A DNA stretch of 64,000 nucleotides from contig JARVJZ010000002.1 of assembly GCA_029775855.1 (NCBI GenBank), positions 32,001-96,000 on the forward strand. Reading direction: 5' to 3'. The notes under the pieces were generated by a model. That model had not been told where the DNA came from. It saw only the letters and a list, made by a program, of their open reading frames with translations, and made no database searches. The position numbers and the translations under genes were made by a program. This DNA is from Nitrososphaeria archaeon. GTDB lineage: Archaea; Thermoproteota; Nitrososphaeria; Nitrososphaerales; JAAOZN01. Every line of letters begins with the position of its first letter. Position 1 is the stretch's first letter. Positions 41,101 to 49,988 of this stretch are shown in pieces.

Positions 41101-41381
41101 ACGATGCCATCAGGCCTCTCAGCCTCAATGACTTCTGTAACGAAGTCAGCATTAACTGGTAGGAAGTAAACTTTTCCTGCTAACTTCTTATCCGTCTGAA
41201 TAGTAGCGATATTCGGGTTAACGAGAACAGTCTCTATACCCTCCTCTCGAAGGGCCTTAAGACATTGGCTGCCTGAGTAGTCGAACTAGCGGCTGCTTTA
41301 GCAGCTCTCGCCTGCTTCACCTATCTTAATGGCCCCACTGCCTAGGACGATAACCTTCTTTATAGAGCGGTTAAGTGGTAT
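38121..41381 (-). CDS. carB: Carbamoyl-phosphate synthase large subunit; exon 1 41381-41307 (ATA start), exon 2 41285-38121; 1079 aa when spliced
   Basis: Spliced N-terminus reads (M)PLNRSIKKVIVLGSGAIKIGEAGE|FDYSGSQCLKALREEG...NPNIATIQTD. It continues in frame into the tracked ORF (FGGQTALN, RSSALASKATG, NCNPETVSTD, MGS domain). Confidence 0.95.
41286..41306 (-). other. 21-nt BHB-type mRNA intron in carB
   Basis: GGCG AG^A GCUGC UAAA GCAGC CGCU AG^U: 4-bp central helix, two 3-nt bulges and a 5-bp intron hairpin. Contains in-frame TAA and TAG. Confidence 0.88.
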
Positions 41382-42516
41382 GGCTTCTCACCTCCATTCT
41401 TTGGGCGAACATGTCAAATATGTAAGTAGTATCATATGGTCCAGGAGAAGCTTCTGGATGATACTGCACAGCTAGTATAGGTTTGGCTTCGTGATACACC
41501 CCTTCTACCGTCTTGTCGTCTGCGTTTATCATCCATATATCTAGCCCACTCTTATCTATAGAATTTGGATCAACAGCGTATCCGTGGTTTTGGCTTGTTA
41601 TATAGTTGCGTCCAGTTTTAAGATCTATGCACGGTTTGTTCTGCCCTCTATGCCCATATTTCAGCTTATATGTATCCCCACCTAATGAAAGAGCGATTAT
41701 CTGCAGACCTAGACATATACCGAGCATGGGTATACCTTCATCCACAAGAGACTTTACAGTTTCAACTGTCTTCACACAAATCTTAGGGTCTCCAGGCCCG
41801 TTACTCACAAGCACCCCTTTCGGATTATATTCCATTATTTCTGACACTGAAGTGTTGTATGGAACACGTATGACTTTAAGCCCTCTTTTCAGTAGCTCCC
41901 TTATTATACCATACTTTACGCCACAGTCTATCAAGACAACTTTATGTTCTCCTTCACCATAGATAATAGGCTCTTTTACGCTAACCACACTTACAAAATC
42001 TTGTTCACCATATTTTTTAGCGCTAGCCAGTAGCCTCCTTACATCTTCTACATCAATCTTATCTTCTGCTACAGCTAATACACCCATCATAACACCTTGC
42101 ACACGGAGCTTCTTAGTTAGCTCACGACTATCAATGCCCTCAATGCCTGGCACACCTTCTTCATAGAGCCAACTGTCAAGACTCTTTTTAGATCTCCAGT
42201 GGCTAGGCGCCCTACAGAGCTCACTGACTACAACACCAGAAACTTGTGCTTGATCTGACTCGAAGTTTAGAGGTATATTATTTTGGTCTACATCACTGTA
42301 AAGGGGGACACCATAATTTCCTATAAGTGGGTACGTGAATGTTAAGATCTGCCCTCTGTATGAAGGGTCAGTTATGCTTTCAGTGTAGCCCACCATTCCT
42401 GTAGTAAATACTACTTCACCTACCTTTGTTGTTGGATAGCCAAAGCCGCGTCCCCAAAAAAGAGTGCCATCTTCGAGTAGGAGCGCAGCGTTATAGTCTC
42501 GTTTAGGAGCAACCAA
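41371..42516 (-). CDS. carA: Carbamoyl-phosphate synthase small subunit
   Basis: LEDG, TDPSY.GQI, SNGPGDP, GICLG, QNHGYAVD and QYHPEASPGP motifs. Confidence 0.97.
   Translation of the reverse strand: MVAPKRDYNAALLLEDGTLFWGRGFGYPTTKVGEVVFTTGMVGYTESITDPSYRGQILTFTYPLIGNYGVPLYSDVDQNNIPLNFESDQAQVSGVVVSELCRAPSHWRSKKSLDSWLYEEGVPGIEGIDSRELTKKLRVQGVMMGVLAVAEDKIDVEDVRRLLASAKKYGEQDFVSVVSVKEPIIYGEGEHKVVLIDCGVKYGIIRELLKRGLKVIRVPYNTSVSEIMEYNPKGVLVSNGPGDPKICVKTVETVKSLVDEGIPMLGICLGLQIIALSLGGDTYKLKYGHRGQNKPCIDLKTGRNYITSQNHGYAVDPNSIDKSGLDIWMINADDKTVEGVYHEAKPILAVQYHPEASPGPYDTTYIFDMFAQRMEVRSHTT
41388..41395 (-). promoter_or_regulatory. Shine-Dalgarno GGAGGTGA for carB
   Basis: Full-length SD 6 nt upstream of the ATA at 41381, inside the carA 3' end. 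Confidence 0.75.
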
Positions 42517-42715
42517 CCCTTAGATGAACCCTCGTTCACTTTTAATCAACTATATTTAAGGTTAGCGCTATCACCTCTGCTTAACTAACAAATGGTAAAA
42601 TATCGCAACAACGTGAGCATATCTGAAAATATATTGCTCATAATATAGTGAATATTGTATAATACGTATTAGAAAAAAGTTTTTAATATGTTATGTGATG
42701 TGATGTTAGATCATT

Positions 42716-43618
42716 ATGACATTAAACGTTGAGATTGAAGATACGTTTGCTGAAGCATTCCCCATGCTTGCAAGCAGAATACTAATAACAGCAGCAAACG
42801 AGGAGTGGGCAAAAATAGCCGCTAAAACTGCTACAGGCTTTGCATCATCCATTATTATGTCTCCAGCAGAAGCTGGTGTAGAAGGCCCAATTGTACCTCC
42901 AGAAAAGACGCCAGACGGTAGACCAGGTGTGCATATACAAATATACCATCGAACTGGTCACGAGTTGAAAGCACAGCTTATCGCAAGAATAGGGCAATGC
43001 ATCTTAACCTGCCCCACAACTGCTGCTTTTGACGCTATGCCACACCCTAGAAAGATGCTTAGGCTCGGCGCATCTATAAGGATGTTTGGCGACGGATATG
43101 AGAAGAAGGATAAGTTGGGTGAGAAGACTGTTTGGCGCATCCCTGTAATGGAGGGTGAATTTATAATAGAGAATAAGTTCGGCATACGAAGGTGTGTTGC
43201 TGGTGGGAACTTCCTTGTCATGGGCGAAGATCAAGCTTCAGCGCTAAAAGGGGCTATGCAAGCCGTAAAGGCGATGGAGCAGGTAGAAGGAGTCGTACTA
43301 ACCTTCCCTGGAGGAATATGCAGATCGGGTTCAAAGGTTGGTTCGATGAAATATAAGCTTCCAGCTTCAACGAATCACCCCTTCTGCCCATCGCTTAAAG
43401 GTGTGATCCCAGATTCTAAGGTGCCGAATGGTGTGAAGAGCATATATGAAATTGTGTTCAACGGCATAACTACAGAAGTTGTTAAGAAAGCAACGGCTGT
43501 AGGTGTGAAGGCTGCTGCAGAAGTAGAGGGTGTAAAGAAGATCTCTGCGGTCAACTTTGGTGGAAAACTTGGGCCGTTCCAGATAAGTTTGAAGGAGGCT
43601 TTAGCATCAGTAAAGTGA
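42716..43618 (+). CDS. ftr: Formylmethanofuran--tetrahydromethanopterin N-formyltransferase
   Basis: IEDTFAEAF, TPDGRPG, RIGQCILTCPT, FGDG, GGN, RSGSKVGS.Y, ASTN and NFGGKLG motifs. Confidence 0.93.
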   Translation: MTLNVEIEDTFAEAFPMLASRILITAANEEWAKIAAKTATGFASSIIMSPAEAGVEGPIVPPEKTPDGRPGVHIQIYHRTGHELKAQLIARIGQCILTCPTTAAFDAMPHPRKMLRLGASIRMFGDGYEKKDKLGEKTVWRIPVMEGEFIIENKFGIRRCVAGGNFLVMGEDQASALKGAMQAVKAMEQVEGVVLTFPGGICRSGSKVGSMKYKLPASTNHPFCPSLKGVIPDSKVPNGVKSIYEIVFNGITTEVVKKATAVGVKAAAEVEGVKKISAVNFGGKLGPFQISLKEALASVK

Positions 43619-44290
43619 AACTTGATCTAGCCTATATATAGAGCCGTCTAGGCGGGCGACGTATATACTTGGGGACTTGAGGATAAAGAGCCCTGTATCT
43701 ATCACCCCAGCTATATCCTTTATTTTATAGTGTAGATTCTGCGGCTCTCCTATTTCTCCAAAGTCCACGTCAAATATGATGTTGCCGTTTTCTGTGATGG
43801 TTGGATATCCTTTTTTGTCGGCTCTTAACATCACTTTTCCACCCATGGCTTCTAGTCTATCTTTAACATACCATCTAGCGAAGGGTGAGGCTTCAATTGG
43901 TAGGGGTTTATTGAGTCTTTCAACAACCTTATTTTCATCAACCATGATTACGCAGTGTTTTGCTGCAGATAGGAGTATGCGTTCTCTGAACAGAGCGCCT
44001 CCACCACCCTTTATTATATTCAAACGCTTATCGACTTGATCAGCACCGTCAAAGACCCACTCTAACTCTTTAATTATCTGTGGACCACCAACTTTTAGCC
44101 CGGCCTCTAAGGCTACAGTTTCTATTTGCATTGATGAAGGAACTACAGTTATACTCTTTGACACCTCTGTCTCAGATAGTGCCTTGACGAACGCTGCAAC
44201 CGTTGAGCCGCTACCCAAACCTATTATGGCTCCTCTCCGAACAGTGGAGGCTACAAGCTTGACCATTTTAGATATATGTTCTTCATGCAA
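43607..44290 (-). CDS. rpiA: Ribose-5-phosphate isomerase A
   Basis: GLGSGST, DGADQV, IKGGGGAL.RE and TENGN motifs. Confidence 0.95.
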   Translation of the reverse strand: MHEEHISKMVKLVASTVRRGAIIGLGSGSTVAAFVKALSETEVSKSITVVPSSMQIETVALEAGLKVGGPQIIKELEWVFDGADQVDKRLNIIKGGGGALFRERILLSAAKHCVIMVDENKVVERLNKPLPIEASPFARWYVKDRLEAMGGKVMLRADKKGYPTITENGNIIFDVDFGEIGEPQNLHYKIKDIAGVIDTGLFILKSPSIYVARLDGSIYRLDQVSLY

Positions 44291-44294
44291 GTTT

Positions 44295-44957
44295 TCAGCC
44301 TTCTAAGTCTATCTGTTCAAGTCTAGCAAGCGCATCTAACACCTCATCTCTGATCTCTTTTATCTTTGAATCCGCTTCACTTTCAGATGCCTTCTTTCTA
44401 CGCTCAACCTTCTTCTCTTCTACTATAGCCTTTGGTTTAAGCTCCTCTTCTACATGTGTTGGTTGTAACCCTTTTATGGCTTCAAGCTGTGCTCTCGCTT
44501 CTTTTAGCCTAGTTTCGATCTGTGCGATCTTTCTTTCAAATAAATCTACAAGTTCTTGCCGAAGGTTTTCTAGTTCGCCTACTTCTATTATCAAGCTTAA
44601 ATCGCTAAGCTTCGTTTCTATCTCTCTTAGCTGCTCCCTATACTTTCCCGAGAGTTTTTCTCGTTCTTCTCTGCTTATTTTACCTGAGGCTTCGGCTTCA
44701 TATAGGCGTGTGATGGCTCCAGTGACTAGCTCTTTTTCTAGAAGCAGTGTCTTGACCTCTCTTTTAGCCTTCTCCAGCTCTAGATCCGTAACTTGCTTAC
44801 CAAGTGTTCCTCTGTTCTTAAAGTCTAGTTGAGTTATGTTAACTTTAGGCTTGGTTTCTGTCCTTTTTTTGGTGTATCTGGCTCGGTATAAATAGTAGGA
44901 TACTCCTAGAAGTATCGCAATGCCTCCCACCACTAGCGCTGATATTAGTAGCTCCAA
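44295..44957 (-). CDS. Membrane-anchored coiled-coil protein
   Basis: N-terminal TM helix followed by a long heptad-rich region. Confidence 0.75.
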   Translation of the reverse strand: MELLISALVVGGIAILLGVSYYLYRARYTKKRTETKPKVNITQLDFKNRGTLGKQVTDLELEKAKREVKTLLLEKELVTGAITRLYEAEASGKISREEREKLSGKYREQLREIETKLSDLSLIIEVGELENLRQELVDLFERKIAQIETRLKEARAQLEAIKGLQPTHVEEELKPKAIVEEKKVERRKKASESEADSKIKEIRDEVLDALARLEQIDLEG

Positions 44958-44991
44958 CTATTACCTTACTTTAATTGGGGGTTAGTTAAAC

Positions 44992-45165
44992 TTACCTAAT
45001 CTTCTGTCCTAACCAATCGTATTTCCGCATCTTTGGGCTTGCTCCAAAGCCGCAGTGTGCGCATACCTTATGTCTTACGTGATAGGCGTGTCTTCCGCAT
45101 CTTCGGCAGATTATGTGGGTTTTATGTTTTCCTCGCTTTCCAAATGAGGGTGTGCCTTTAGTCAT
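44992..45165 (-). CDS. rpl37e: 50S ribosomal protein L37e (not in ORF track)
   Basis: MTKGTPSFGKRGKHKTHIICRRCGRHAYHVRHKVCAHCGFG; sits downstream of the Sm gene as usual. Confidence 0.95.
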   Translation of the reverse strand: MTKGTPSFGKRGKHKTHIICRRCGRHAYHVRHKVCAHCGFGASPKMRKYDWLGQKIR

Positions 45166-45183
45166 CTTTCTTCGCCTATTTGG

Positions 45184-45408
45184 TTATGGTGGTGAGACCA
45201 TCACCACGTTGTCTCCTCTAACTATTATGGTTCCGAGTCGTTCTGTTTTGCCTTCCTCTAAGATTGATTCTGAGGAGTCTAAGACGAGGTTCATGTGTTG
45301 GTCGAAGCCTTGTAGTGTGCCTCGGATAACTTGACCGCCTTTGAGTTTTATAAGTACAGTCTTTCCGAGGCTTTCATCTAGTATCTTAATGGCCATATCT
45401 ACACTCAT
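45184..45408 (-). CDS. Sm-like (Lsm) protein
   Basis: GTLQGFDQHMNLVL (Sm1) and IIVRGDNV (Sm2). Confidence 0.95.
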   Translation of the reverse strand: MSVDMAIKILDESLGKTVLIKLKGGQVIRGTLQGFDQHMNLVLDSSESILEEGKTERLGTIIVRGDNVVMVSPP

Positions 45409-45462
45409 TTTGTTTACTCCTCGCCTTTACTTCTATAGGTTGGGCTCTTTTAAACATATATG

Positions 45463-46026
45463 TTATGCGGTTTTCTTTTTGCCACCTATTTTTAGCCCTA
45501 TGATTATCAATATGAAGCCTATGAGTACTGTGAGCTGTGGTATAATCTCCATCTGTTCGTTTATGTGGTATGTTAGTACTTTTTGGTTAAGTGTGAAGAC
45601 TACGCTTCTTTGACTTTCTTGCGGGTTTTCGAAGACTGCATAGTATCTTCCAGCTTCTTCAAGTTTGAGTGTTAAGTTATATTTGGCTTGAGATATTGCC
45701 GCATCATACAGACGGGCTGCTGAGCCTTTCTGCCAAGCGTTTAGCCCATCTTCATCCATAAGGTAAAAGTTAAGCTGCCCATCTGCTATGTAGCTGCCTA
45801 CTATTGCCACTCTATCTGGGTTGTTTGGTATCTCTATTTCCACTTTCAAGCTGTCTTTTGCGTTGATGCGCAGTAGAGTTAAGGGTAGAAGGTTTTCTTC
45901 TACAGTCGATGTGTAGGTAAGCCCGAAGGACTTGCCAAAATCAATTGTGATAGATGGATTTATTACACCAGCATATAACCCTATAACGAAGAGCACTAAA
46001 CCTATGACGACTATTTTTGTCTTCAA
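45463..46026 (-). CDS. Hypothetical membrane protein with GOLD-like extracellular domain
   Basis: N- and C-terminal TM helices; 'LNFYLMD' and 'GRYYAVFEN' beta-sandwich pattern. Confidence 0.65.
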   Translation of the reverse strand: MKTKIVVIGLVLFVIGLYAGVINPSITIDFGKSFGLTYTSTVEENLLPLTLLRINAKDSLKVEIEIPNNPDRVAIVGSYIADGQLNFYLMDEDGLNAWQKGSAARLYDAAISQAKYNLTLKLEEAGRYYAVFENPQESQRSVVFTLNQKVLTYHINEQMEIIPQLTVLIGFILIIIGLKIGGKKKTA

Positions 46027-46070
46027 GCAACTACACTAAACAGTAGCCTCATAGGATAGATATTTATTGT

Positions 46071-46814
46071 TTAAGGGTTGATGAAGAGGAATGCTTCTTC
46101 AACTATCTTCTCTGCATCGGTTGGGTTAGCTCTAAGTCTATGTCCAGCATCAAGTATTAGAAGTTTCTTAGGTTCTTTAGCTTCTTCATAGAGCTTGTAT
46201 GCATCTTCAACCGGCACCAAGTCGTCGAGCCTTCCATGCACTATAAGTATTGGTCGAGGCGCTATAGATATAACCCACTTCGAGGGAGAGTATCTTTCTG
46301 CTTCTGAGAGCAGACGCTCTATAAAACTCGGGTTCCCATCGCCCTTTATTATACTAGCAGACAGAGCTCTTTCAAGAAGAGGTTTTGCGACGCTTTGGCT
46401 TAGAGGACGGTAAGATGCGCTGCATGACACTACACCAGCAACTTCTTTATTGTTTGCACCTACATAGATGGCTACTACACCACCAGCACTAAATCCTAGC
46501 AGATATTGCTTATACCCCTTTAATCTTGAGCCTAAGTATCTTAGATAGGCTTCAGCGTCCTCAACCCAAGCAGATAAACCAAAGTATCCTTCACTACTAT
46601 CTGTGCCTCTTAGATTTAAGAGCGCTGCTGCTGCCCCTCTCTTTACAATCATATAAGCAAAGTCCAAGTAGCCTTTCTGCTCTACCGGCTCGGGTGAGAA
46701 AGGTAAGCCGTGAAGTATAACAAAAACTGCGCGCCTTTTCTCCTCTACAGGTAGGCATAAGGTGCCTCTAATTTTAAACCCGCTAACAACCAACTCAACC
46801 TTCTCTGTGCGCAA
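46071..46814 (-). CDS. Alpha/beta hydrolase
   Basis: LHG, GFSAGG nucleophile elbow, HG..D.LVP and AGH motifs. Confidence 0.88.
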   Translation of the reverse strand: MRTEKVELVVSGFKIRGTLCLPVEEKRRAVFVILHGLPFSPEPVEQKGYLDFAYMIVKRGAAAALLNLRGTDSSEGYFGLSAWVEDAEAYLRYLGSRLKGYKQYLLGFSAGGVVAIYVGANNKEVAGVVSCSASYRPLSQSVAKPLLERALSASIIKGDGNPSFIERLLSEAERYSPSKWVISIAPRPILIVHGRLDDLVPVEDAYKLYEEAKEPKKLLILDAGHRLRANPTDAEKIVEEAFLFINP

Positions 46815-46837
46815 AGGGACACTCTAAATAGTAGGAG

Positions 46838-47269
46838 ATGCTATTAAACTTTAGAGGCGAGTTGGTCAAAACAAGGCTTTCGGTTGTAGATGTAAACCTT
46901 TGTGTAGGTTGCCAGTGCTGCATGTTTGCGTGCTCACGCAGATTTGGTGCAGGTGGTTTAAGTAAGACTGCCATACTAATACGCTCGGCAGGCGGTATAG
47001 AGCGGGGGTTTATCGTGCAAGTCTGTAGGGCTTGTGAAGATCCGCCTTGTGCTAGTGTGTGTCCTACAGATGCTTTAAAGCTTAGGTCTGGTGGAGGTGT
47101 GCTTTTAGATGCAGCTAAATGTATAGGTTGTCGACTTTGCGTTGAGGCTTGCACGGTTGAAGCTGTTTTATGGGATAGCGAGTCAGATAAACCTATGATA
47201 TGTGTGCACTGTGGGCTTTGTGTTCAAGCTTGCCCTTACGGCGTGCTAGAACTCTCGAGAGGTGTATAA
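46838..47269 (+). CDS. 4Fe-4S dicluster electron-transfer subunit (AOR partner)
   Basis: Four Cys clusters: CVGCQCC, CRACEDPPCASVCP, CIGCRLCVEAC and CVHCGLCVQACP. Confidence 0.9.
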   Translation: MLLNFRGELVKTRLSVVDVNLCVGCQCCMFACSRRFGAGGLSKTAILIRSAGGIERGFIVQVCRACEDPPCASVCPTDALKLRSGGGVLLDAAKCIGCRLCVEACTVEAVLWDSESDKPMICVHCGLCVQACPYGVLELSRGV

Positions 47270-47271
47270 CA

Positions 47272-49044
47272 GTGATAGAAAGAGATCCTATCCAAAAAGT
47301 ATTGTATGTTGATCTTACGAGGCGTAGATTCTGGATTGAAGAAAGAGCAGATCTCTTCGAGAAGTATATTGGAGGCTCAGGGGTAGCCATCAAACTTCTT
47401 CTCGAGGAATGTAGAAAAGGCGCAGACCCTCTTGGTCCAGATAACCCGATAATCTTTGCTGCTGGGCCTTTGAACTGCATCTTCCCTATGGCATCTAAAA
47501 CTGTAGCGATGTTCAAGTCTCCTTTAACTGGCAACCTAGGTGAAAGCCACGCAGGTGGTAGGAGCGGAATAGCTCTTAGGTCAGCTGGGCTTGGTGCTTT
47601 AGTCATTAAGGGGGCTAGTGATATACCAATCTATCTCTCTATTCACGATGGTAAGGTAAGTTTCAGAGATGCTAGGGTGCTTTGGGGTATGAGAAGCAGC
47701 TATACGGTTGGTAGGGTGATTAGAGAGCGAGAGAGCAGCGCTGGTCTCAGAACAATCATGAGAATAGGTCGTGCTGGCGAAAACTTGGTAAGATATGCAT
47801 GCGTAATAACAGAAACCTACAGACACTTCGGCAGACTTGGGCTTGGAGCAGTCTTTGGAAGTAAGAAGCTTAAAGCAGTAACAATAGCTGGAACAAATAA
47901 CATACAAGTTAGAGACATCAAAGAGTATAAGCAACTCTACCAGGAAATATTTACGCTAGAGACAACGGCACCAGCCCTAAAGAAATACCACGACATAGGC
48001 ACACCGATGAATTTAATACCACTTAATAAGATACAAGCCCTACCTGCATACAATTTAAAGCAAGCGAGCCTTGATAAAGTCGAAGCCATATCTGGCGAAA
48101 ACCTAGCAAAGAACTACCTAGGGCGAAGAGTATCATGTGGGCACTGTCCAGTCAGCTGCATACATCTAGCAGCCTTAAGAGAACCCTATGAAAAAGAACC
48201 ATACTTCTATAAGACAACGATGATCTCATATGACTATGAACCTATCTATGCTTTAGGAACTATGCTGGGCATAACTTCTCCTGAAGGCTTATTGAAACTC
48301 ATAGATGAAGTTGAGGTAGCTGGTCTAGACGCTATGAGCTGCGGTGTAGCGTTAGCTTGGGCAACAGAAGCCCAAGAGAATGGTTTAATTTCAAACAAGG
48401 CAGAAGGCACCATAACACAACTTAAATGGGGTGACTACAACGCATACATAAAAGCTGTAAACTATATTGTTGAACAGCCGAACGAATTCTACAAAGCCTT
48501 AGCCCAAGGAGTAGAATACGCTGCAGCGAAGTATGGTAGCTTAGAATATGCACTCGCATTTGGAGGAAACGAAATGCCGGGATACCACACTGGCCCAGCA
48601 GCACACATCGGTTATCTAACTGGGGCAAGACATAGCCACCTTGATAGCGCCGGCTACAGCCTAGATCAGAAGCTCTTAGCCTCAAAAGTTTCACCAACAC
48701 CATCCTCTGTGGCAGATACATTATTTGAAGAAGAGGCTTGGAGGCAGATTCTATCTACACTTGTGGTCTGCTTCTTCTCCCGAGAGATCTATAAGCCCGA
48801 AGTTGTGCAGAAGGCATTGAAGGTTATAGGCTGGGATTTGAGCTTGGATAATTTGAAGAGCATAGGTTACGAAATCCTCGCACTTAAGCACGAATTCAAA
48901 AGAAGGGAAGGCTTTAACGCTGAGACCCTACGCATACCGAAGAGAATACTTGAAACACCTACGCCGCACGGTAAACTAGATGGAATGTTCATTAAAGATG
49001 CGGTAGCAAAATACTTCAACAGAGTTCAAAGCATCAAAGCTTGA
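47272..49044 (+). CDS. Aldehyde:ferredoxin oxidoreductase family (W/Mo)
   Basis: FKSPLTG, GRLGLGAVFGSKKLKA, CGHCPVSC, YEPIYALG and GLDAMS motifs. GTG start at 47272. Confidence 0.92.
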   Translation: MIERDPIQKVLYVDLTRRRFWIEERADLFEKYIGGSGVAIKLLLEECRKGADPLGPDNPIIFAAGPLNCIFPMASKTVAMFKSPLTGNLGESHAGGRSGIALRSAGLGALVIKGASDIPIYLSIHDGKVSFRDARVLWGMRSSYTVGRVIRERESSAGLRTIMRIGRAGENLVRYACVITETYRHFGRLGLGAVFGSKKLKAVTIAGTNNIQVRDIKEYKQLYQEIFTLETTAPALKKYHDIGTPMNLIPLNKIQALPAYNLKQASLDKVEAISGENLAKNYLGRRVSCGHCPVSCIHLAALREPYEKEPYFYKTTMISYDYEPIYALGTMLGITSPEGLLKLIDEVEVAGLDAMSCGVALAWATEAQENGLISNKAEGTITQLKWGDYNAYIKAVNYIVEQPNEFYKALAQGVEYAAAKYGSLEYALAFGGNEMPGYHTGPAAHIGYLTGARHSHLDSAGYSLDQKLLASKVSPTPSSVADTLFEEEAWRQILSTLVVCFFSREIYKPEVVQKALKVIGWDLSLDNLKSIGYEILALKHEFKRREGFNAETLRIPKRILETPTPHGKLDGMFIKDAVAKYFNRVQSIKA

Positions 49045-49348
49045 CCCAGATGTAGCCTTCGCCATCTTGAACCTCAAAGGTCTTTAAAGCCGTTTCAGCC
49101 GGCCCCTTAACCACTTTACCACTATGAGGATCAAACTTAGAAAGATGGCAGCCACATACTATGATACCATCCTCAATCCAGCCCTCACTCAAAGAACACC
49201 CTTTATGTGTGCAGCGTGCTGAAGTAGCAAATATTTTCCCGCCGACTTTGCATATAAGAACCTCCACACCATCCAGAAGCGTAACCAAAAGCGTATTATT
49301 TGATAACTTATCTTCTTCAACCGCTTTAACAAACCCTTGCTTTGGCAT
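49034..49348 (-). CDS. Rieske 2Fe-2S ferredoxin
   Basis: CTH...CGCH and GPA motifs. Confidence 0.9.
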   Translation of the reverse strand: MPKQGFVKAVEEDKLSNNTLLVTLLDGVEVLICKVGGKIFATSARCTHKGCSLSEGWIEDGIIVCGCHLSKFDPHSGKVVKGPAETALKTFEVQDGEGYIWVKL

Positions 49349-49464
49349 AGCTGCTCATCGAACCAACCAAAGATTACCGTAATAAGTCTTCTCAGCTAGC
49401 TGAAAATCTTCTCCAACACATTGACAGCAACATATTTTTGTATCCACTTACTCTAACTGCTGCT

Positions 49465-49977
49465 ATGGATCTAAGGCAGATAATTCGAAGCTTCCCAGAT
49501 TGGCCTAAGCAAGGCGTCATCTTTAGAGATATTATGCCCTTACTTAAGAATCCACAAGCCTTGAGCTATACTGTAAATGAGATCATTAAGCAGTGGAAAA
49601 GTGAAGAAATAGATCTAATAGCCGGCATAGAGTCAAGGGGATTCATATTTGGCGCATTAATTGCACAAAATATGCAAAAAGGTTTTATAGCGATTAGGAA
49701 AGAAGGCAAACTACCCGGTGAAACTGTAAAGGTAAACTATACCATAGAATACGGTAGCGCAACGATGGAGATACAGAAGGATGCGGTAGAGCGAGGGCAG
49801 AGAGTGCTCATAGTCGATGACTTACTTGCTACAGGCGGAACGGCAAAAGCCGCCGCAGACCTCATCGAACGCCTTGGTGGGGTTGTCGTAGGATTCGCCT
49901 TTGTAGTAGAGTTGTTGGAGCTTAAGGGTAGAGAGAAGCTTAAAGGCTACAAAGTTACAACACTCATAACATATTAA
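49465..49977 (+). CDS. apt: Adenine phosphoribosyltransferase
   Basis: PDWPKQGVIFRDI, ESRGF, RK.GKLPG and VDDLLATGGT motifs. Confidence 0.95.
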   Translation: MDLRQIIRSFPDWPKQGVIFRDIMPLLKNPQALSYTVNEIIKQWKSEEIDLIAGIESRGFIFGALIAQNMQKGFIAIRKEGKLPGETVKVNYTIEYGSATMEIQKDAVERGQRVLIVDDLLATGGTAKAAADLIERLGGVVVGFAFVVELLELKGREKLKGYKVTTLITY

Positions 49978-49988
49978 GGTGAATAAAT

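Noticed and set aside
38121-41102. ORF-track start of carB at 41102
   Set aside because: It would delete about 86 conserved N-terminal residues that are clearly encoded upstream.
41286-41306. carB as a pseudogene, or stop-codon readthrough (Sec/Pyl)
   Set aside because: The rest of carB and carA are intact. The stops are TAA and TAG inside a 7-codon insert in an invariant motif, so readthrough would not restore it, whereas BHB-rule excision does exactly.
45113-45613. Plus-strand ORFs of 73 and 90 aa
   Set aside because: Antisense to rpl37e, the Sm gene and the membrane protein gene.
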